From Rhina ancylostomus (taxonomy: Eukaryota): a stretch of DNA of 64,000 nt. Shown in pieces: positions 61,251-64,000 of this stretch. The notes beneath the pieces were generated by a model, which was given only the letters and a program-made list of their open reading frames with translations, did not search any database and was not told where the DNA came from. A program made the translations under genes and the position numbers. Within the stretch, counting starts at the first letter, position 1; every line of letters starts with the position of its first letter. The DNA lies in NCBI GenBank assembly GCA_030265395.1, contig JARFYF010000017.1:22396990-22460989 (forward strand). Reading direction: 5' to 3'.

Positions 61251-62154
61251 AATGAGTCCATACATTGGGAACAAACAAGTCACGCACAAGGAGTGCGCCA
61301 CCTCACAAATCACCCACCTCCTACCCCGTCAGCCTCCTCTTTCCCCATCTATGGGGGATTCTGCTACTCCAAAACTGACAAAACCAGAAGCAATTAACTG
61401 CTGGAGTCACACTCACTGAAGAATTGCTTAAGAAGAATAGCACTCAACTAAAATGTTATTGGTGAAAGGATACTTTGTTTAATCATGATTTTCAACTTTC
61501 ATAAATTGTGCATTTACAGAGTTTCCAATGAAGAATTATAGAGCTGACATTTGAAGTACACCATAAAGGCACTATGAAAGCTCACTGTTGAGATTGTATA
61601 TAACTTTTGTATAACCCAATTTTCTGAAAGATTGAATGGGTTCAAGCCACTTTAAAAAAAGAGGGTTTAAAATTTATGAATGAGTCATACAAGATAGATG
61701 TGGAAAGAATATTTCCATCTGGAGGCAATCAAAAATTTGTTTGCTCAGCAGTAGTCAACACAAAACTGACTATTGAGGAAAATGGCTCAATGCAGAAGTA
61801 AATGAAAGAAAATGAAAGAAAGAGGGAACAGAAAGATATGCTGGAAGACTAGAATGAGCAACTGGGATAGAATTCTTGTGCAAGATAAATACAAACACTA
61901 ATTGGGCTGAATGGCTTATTTCTGTGCTGTATTTTATTCAATGTTAACTAGCATGTCAGAAAAATAATGGGCTATGTGGGAAGGAATGACTAGATAGATC
62001 TTAGAGCAGGATAAAATGTAGGAACAACATTATGGGCCGAAGGGCCTGTAGTGTTCTATGTGGCATTAGAAATAATGTTAAATGTAAGAACCATTCAAGG
62101 AGAGGGCTGCAAGTTAATAGAAGATGGACAGAAATTGGGAGGGATACTTAGGCA

Positions 62155-62244
62155 TAAACACTGAAAATGCTGAACATACAGAGCAGGTCAGTCAATATCT
62201 GTAGAGAGAAAAACAGTTAATCTTTCAGGTTGGTGATCTTTCAT
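62155..62244 (-). mobile_element. Older Penelope-type terminal repeat (target of the adjacent insertion)
   Basis: Minus strand ATGAAAGATCACCAACCTGAAAGATTAACTG...CTGACCTGCT. Confidence 0.6.
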
Positions 62245-62456
62245 ACAAAATGCAGGAGGAACTCAGCGGGTCAGGCAGCATCTATGGAGGGAAATGGACA
62301 GTCGACGTTTTGGGTCAAGACCCTTCAGAGTTCTGATGCAGGATCTCGACCCGAAACATCATCTGTCCATTTCCCTCCATAGATGCTGCTTGACCCACTC
62401 AGTTCCTCCAGCATTTTGTGTGTTGATCCAGATTTCCAACATTACAGTCTCGTGTC
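62245..62456. mobile_element. Non-coding fold-back element of two inverted Penelope-type repeats, 14-bp TSD
   Basis: 83-bp arms 62245-62327 and 62337-62419 (11 mismatches by eye), 9-nt spacer; flanks TGGTGATCTTTCAT / TGGTGATCTTTTAT. Confidence 0.8.
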
Positions 62457-63799
62457 TGGTGATCTTTTATGTATATTTCTCCCTCTCTCTACATATGAAA
62501 GAGTTGGTCATCCCTAAATTGGTTAAAAGCAAGAAGAAAGATACTATAATTACAAACAGTGAAGTTTGAGAAGCTCAAGGAAAACATGCTAAGGCCTGGC
62601 AGAATAAATCCATGGATTTTATAGGAAGGGAAAGGGAAAATCTTAAATACCAGATATAGGGCTGTTGAAATGTAAACACACAGGTGAAACCAAAATAATC
62701 AATTCTGAACACCAAAGTATCCTGCAAGGGTACAAGGAATGACATAACAATTTAAAGCAGATCAATTTCAAAATTAATAATTATATTTTGTTGACAGAAA
62801 ACAGTGATCCCAGAGTGCACGTATTTGGATATTCAGATATACAAAACATTAAAAACTGCAATTCAAGGGGGAAGACCAACTAAAATATATATTGGCCAAG
62901 TAGTAAGAGCAGCAGAACATATAAAAGCCACAGATGTAATTTTACAAAGACCTTAATTAGAGAAGCGTCAGCTGCTTTCGGTTGGGTTGCACACTGGGAA
63001 GAATTTTGAGAAGANNNNNNNNNNNNNNNNNNNNNNNNNNNNNNNNNNNNNNNNNNNNNNNNNNNNNNNNNNNNNNNNNNNNNNNNNNNNNNNNNNNNNN
63101 NNNNNNNNNNNNNNNNNNNNNNNNNNNNNNNNNNNNNNNNNNNNNNNNNNNNNNNNNNNNNNNNNNNNNNNNNNNNNNNNNNNNNNNNNNNNNNNNNNNN
63201 NNNNNNNNNNNNNNNNNNNNNNNNNNNNNNNNNNNNNNNNNNNNNNNNNNNNNNNNNNNNNNNNNNNNNNNNNNNNNNNNNNNNNNNNNNNNNNNNNNNN
63301 NNNNNNNNNNNNNNNNNNNNNNNNNNNNNNNNNNNNNNNNNNNNNNNNNNNNNNNNNNNNNNNNNNNNNNNNNNNNNNNNNNNNNNNNNNNNNNNNNNNN
63401 NNNNNNNNNNNNNNNNNNNNNNNNNNNNNNNNNNNNNNNNNNNNNNNNNNNNNNNNNNNNNNNNNNNNNNNNNNNNNNNNNNNNNNNNNNNNNNNNNNNN
63501 NNNNNNNNNNNNNNNNNNNNNTTCAATATATTCTTTAACTTTCATATTGTGCTATTTTCCAATGACCAATTCTGATGCCAAATGCATTAGACTCTCCACC
63601 TTCTGTGCCTAAAAGGAGCAAATTGGTTAGGTTAAGATTTTGCTAAGATTTTGAAAGCTTTAACATCTTTAACAAACCAAAACTATAATTATATTTCAAA
63701 TTATTGTAATATATTTATTAGTGCTTTTTAAGTGCCAATGTCTTGATTCTGAAACACAAAATAAATGTTACAAAAAAAATTGTTAATGATTTCTATTTC

Positions 63800-64000
63800 T
63801 CATTTTCTGAATAATGCCACCATAGTACTATCACACAGCACAAACTTGTCTTTTGGCCCATTATAATCAAGCTGACCATAAACCACCTATCCATATTAAC
63901 CCTATTTACCAGCACTTGGTCTCCAGTCTACAATGCTTTAGTGATTCAAGTCTCATTGGCATGCTTCTTAAATATTGAGAGAATAATTGCTTCACTACCT
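63800..64000 (-). mobile_element. CR1 3' tail
   Basis: CCAGCACTTGGTCTCCAGTC...ATGCTTCTTAAAT pattern. Confidence 0.5.

Overview
Vertebrate genomic DNA from a gapped draft assembly. The repeat landscape (CR1/HER1-type tails, a V-SINE, Penelope-type tails) points to a shark or ray. Two intron-rich genes lie in tandem on the minus strand. DEF8 has 11 coding exons (58945..38491, about 443 aa). Downstream is an AFG3L1-type m-AAA protease (33362..6602, about 774 aa); 16 of 17 expected exons are visible and exon 7 probably falls in an N-gap. This is the DEF8-AFG3L1 order known from human 16q24.3, where AFG3L1 is a pseudogene; here every visible exon is open. Introns contain decayed CR1, L2, RTE, Rex1 and L1 fragments, SINEs, a solo LTR with a target-site duplication, and an eEF1A retro-fragment. 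The most interesting non-genic signal is a recurring Penelope-type terminal repeat carrying a minimal type I hammerhead-ribozyme motif (CTGATGA-stem II-GAAAC-NTH). It occurs at least twice as short head-to-head inverted pairs, one with a 14-bp target-site duplication. Repeat family names come from motif recognition only, and repeat boundaries are approximate.
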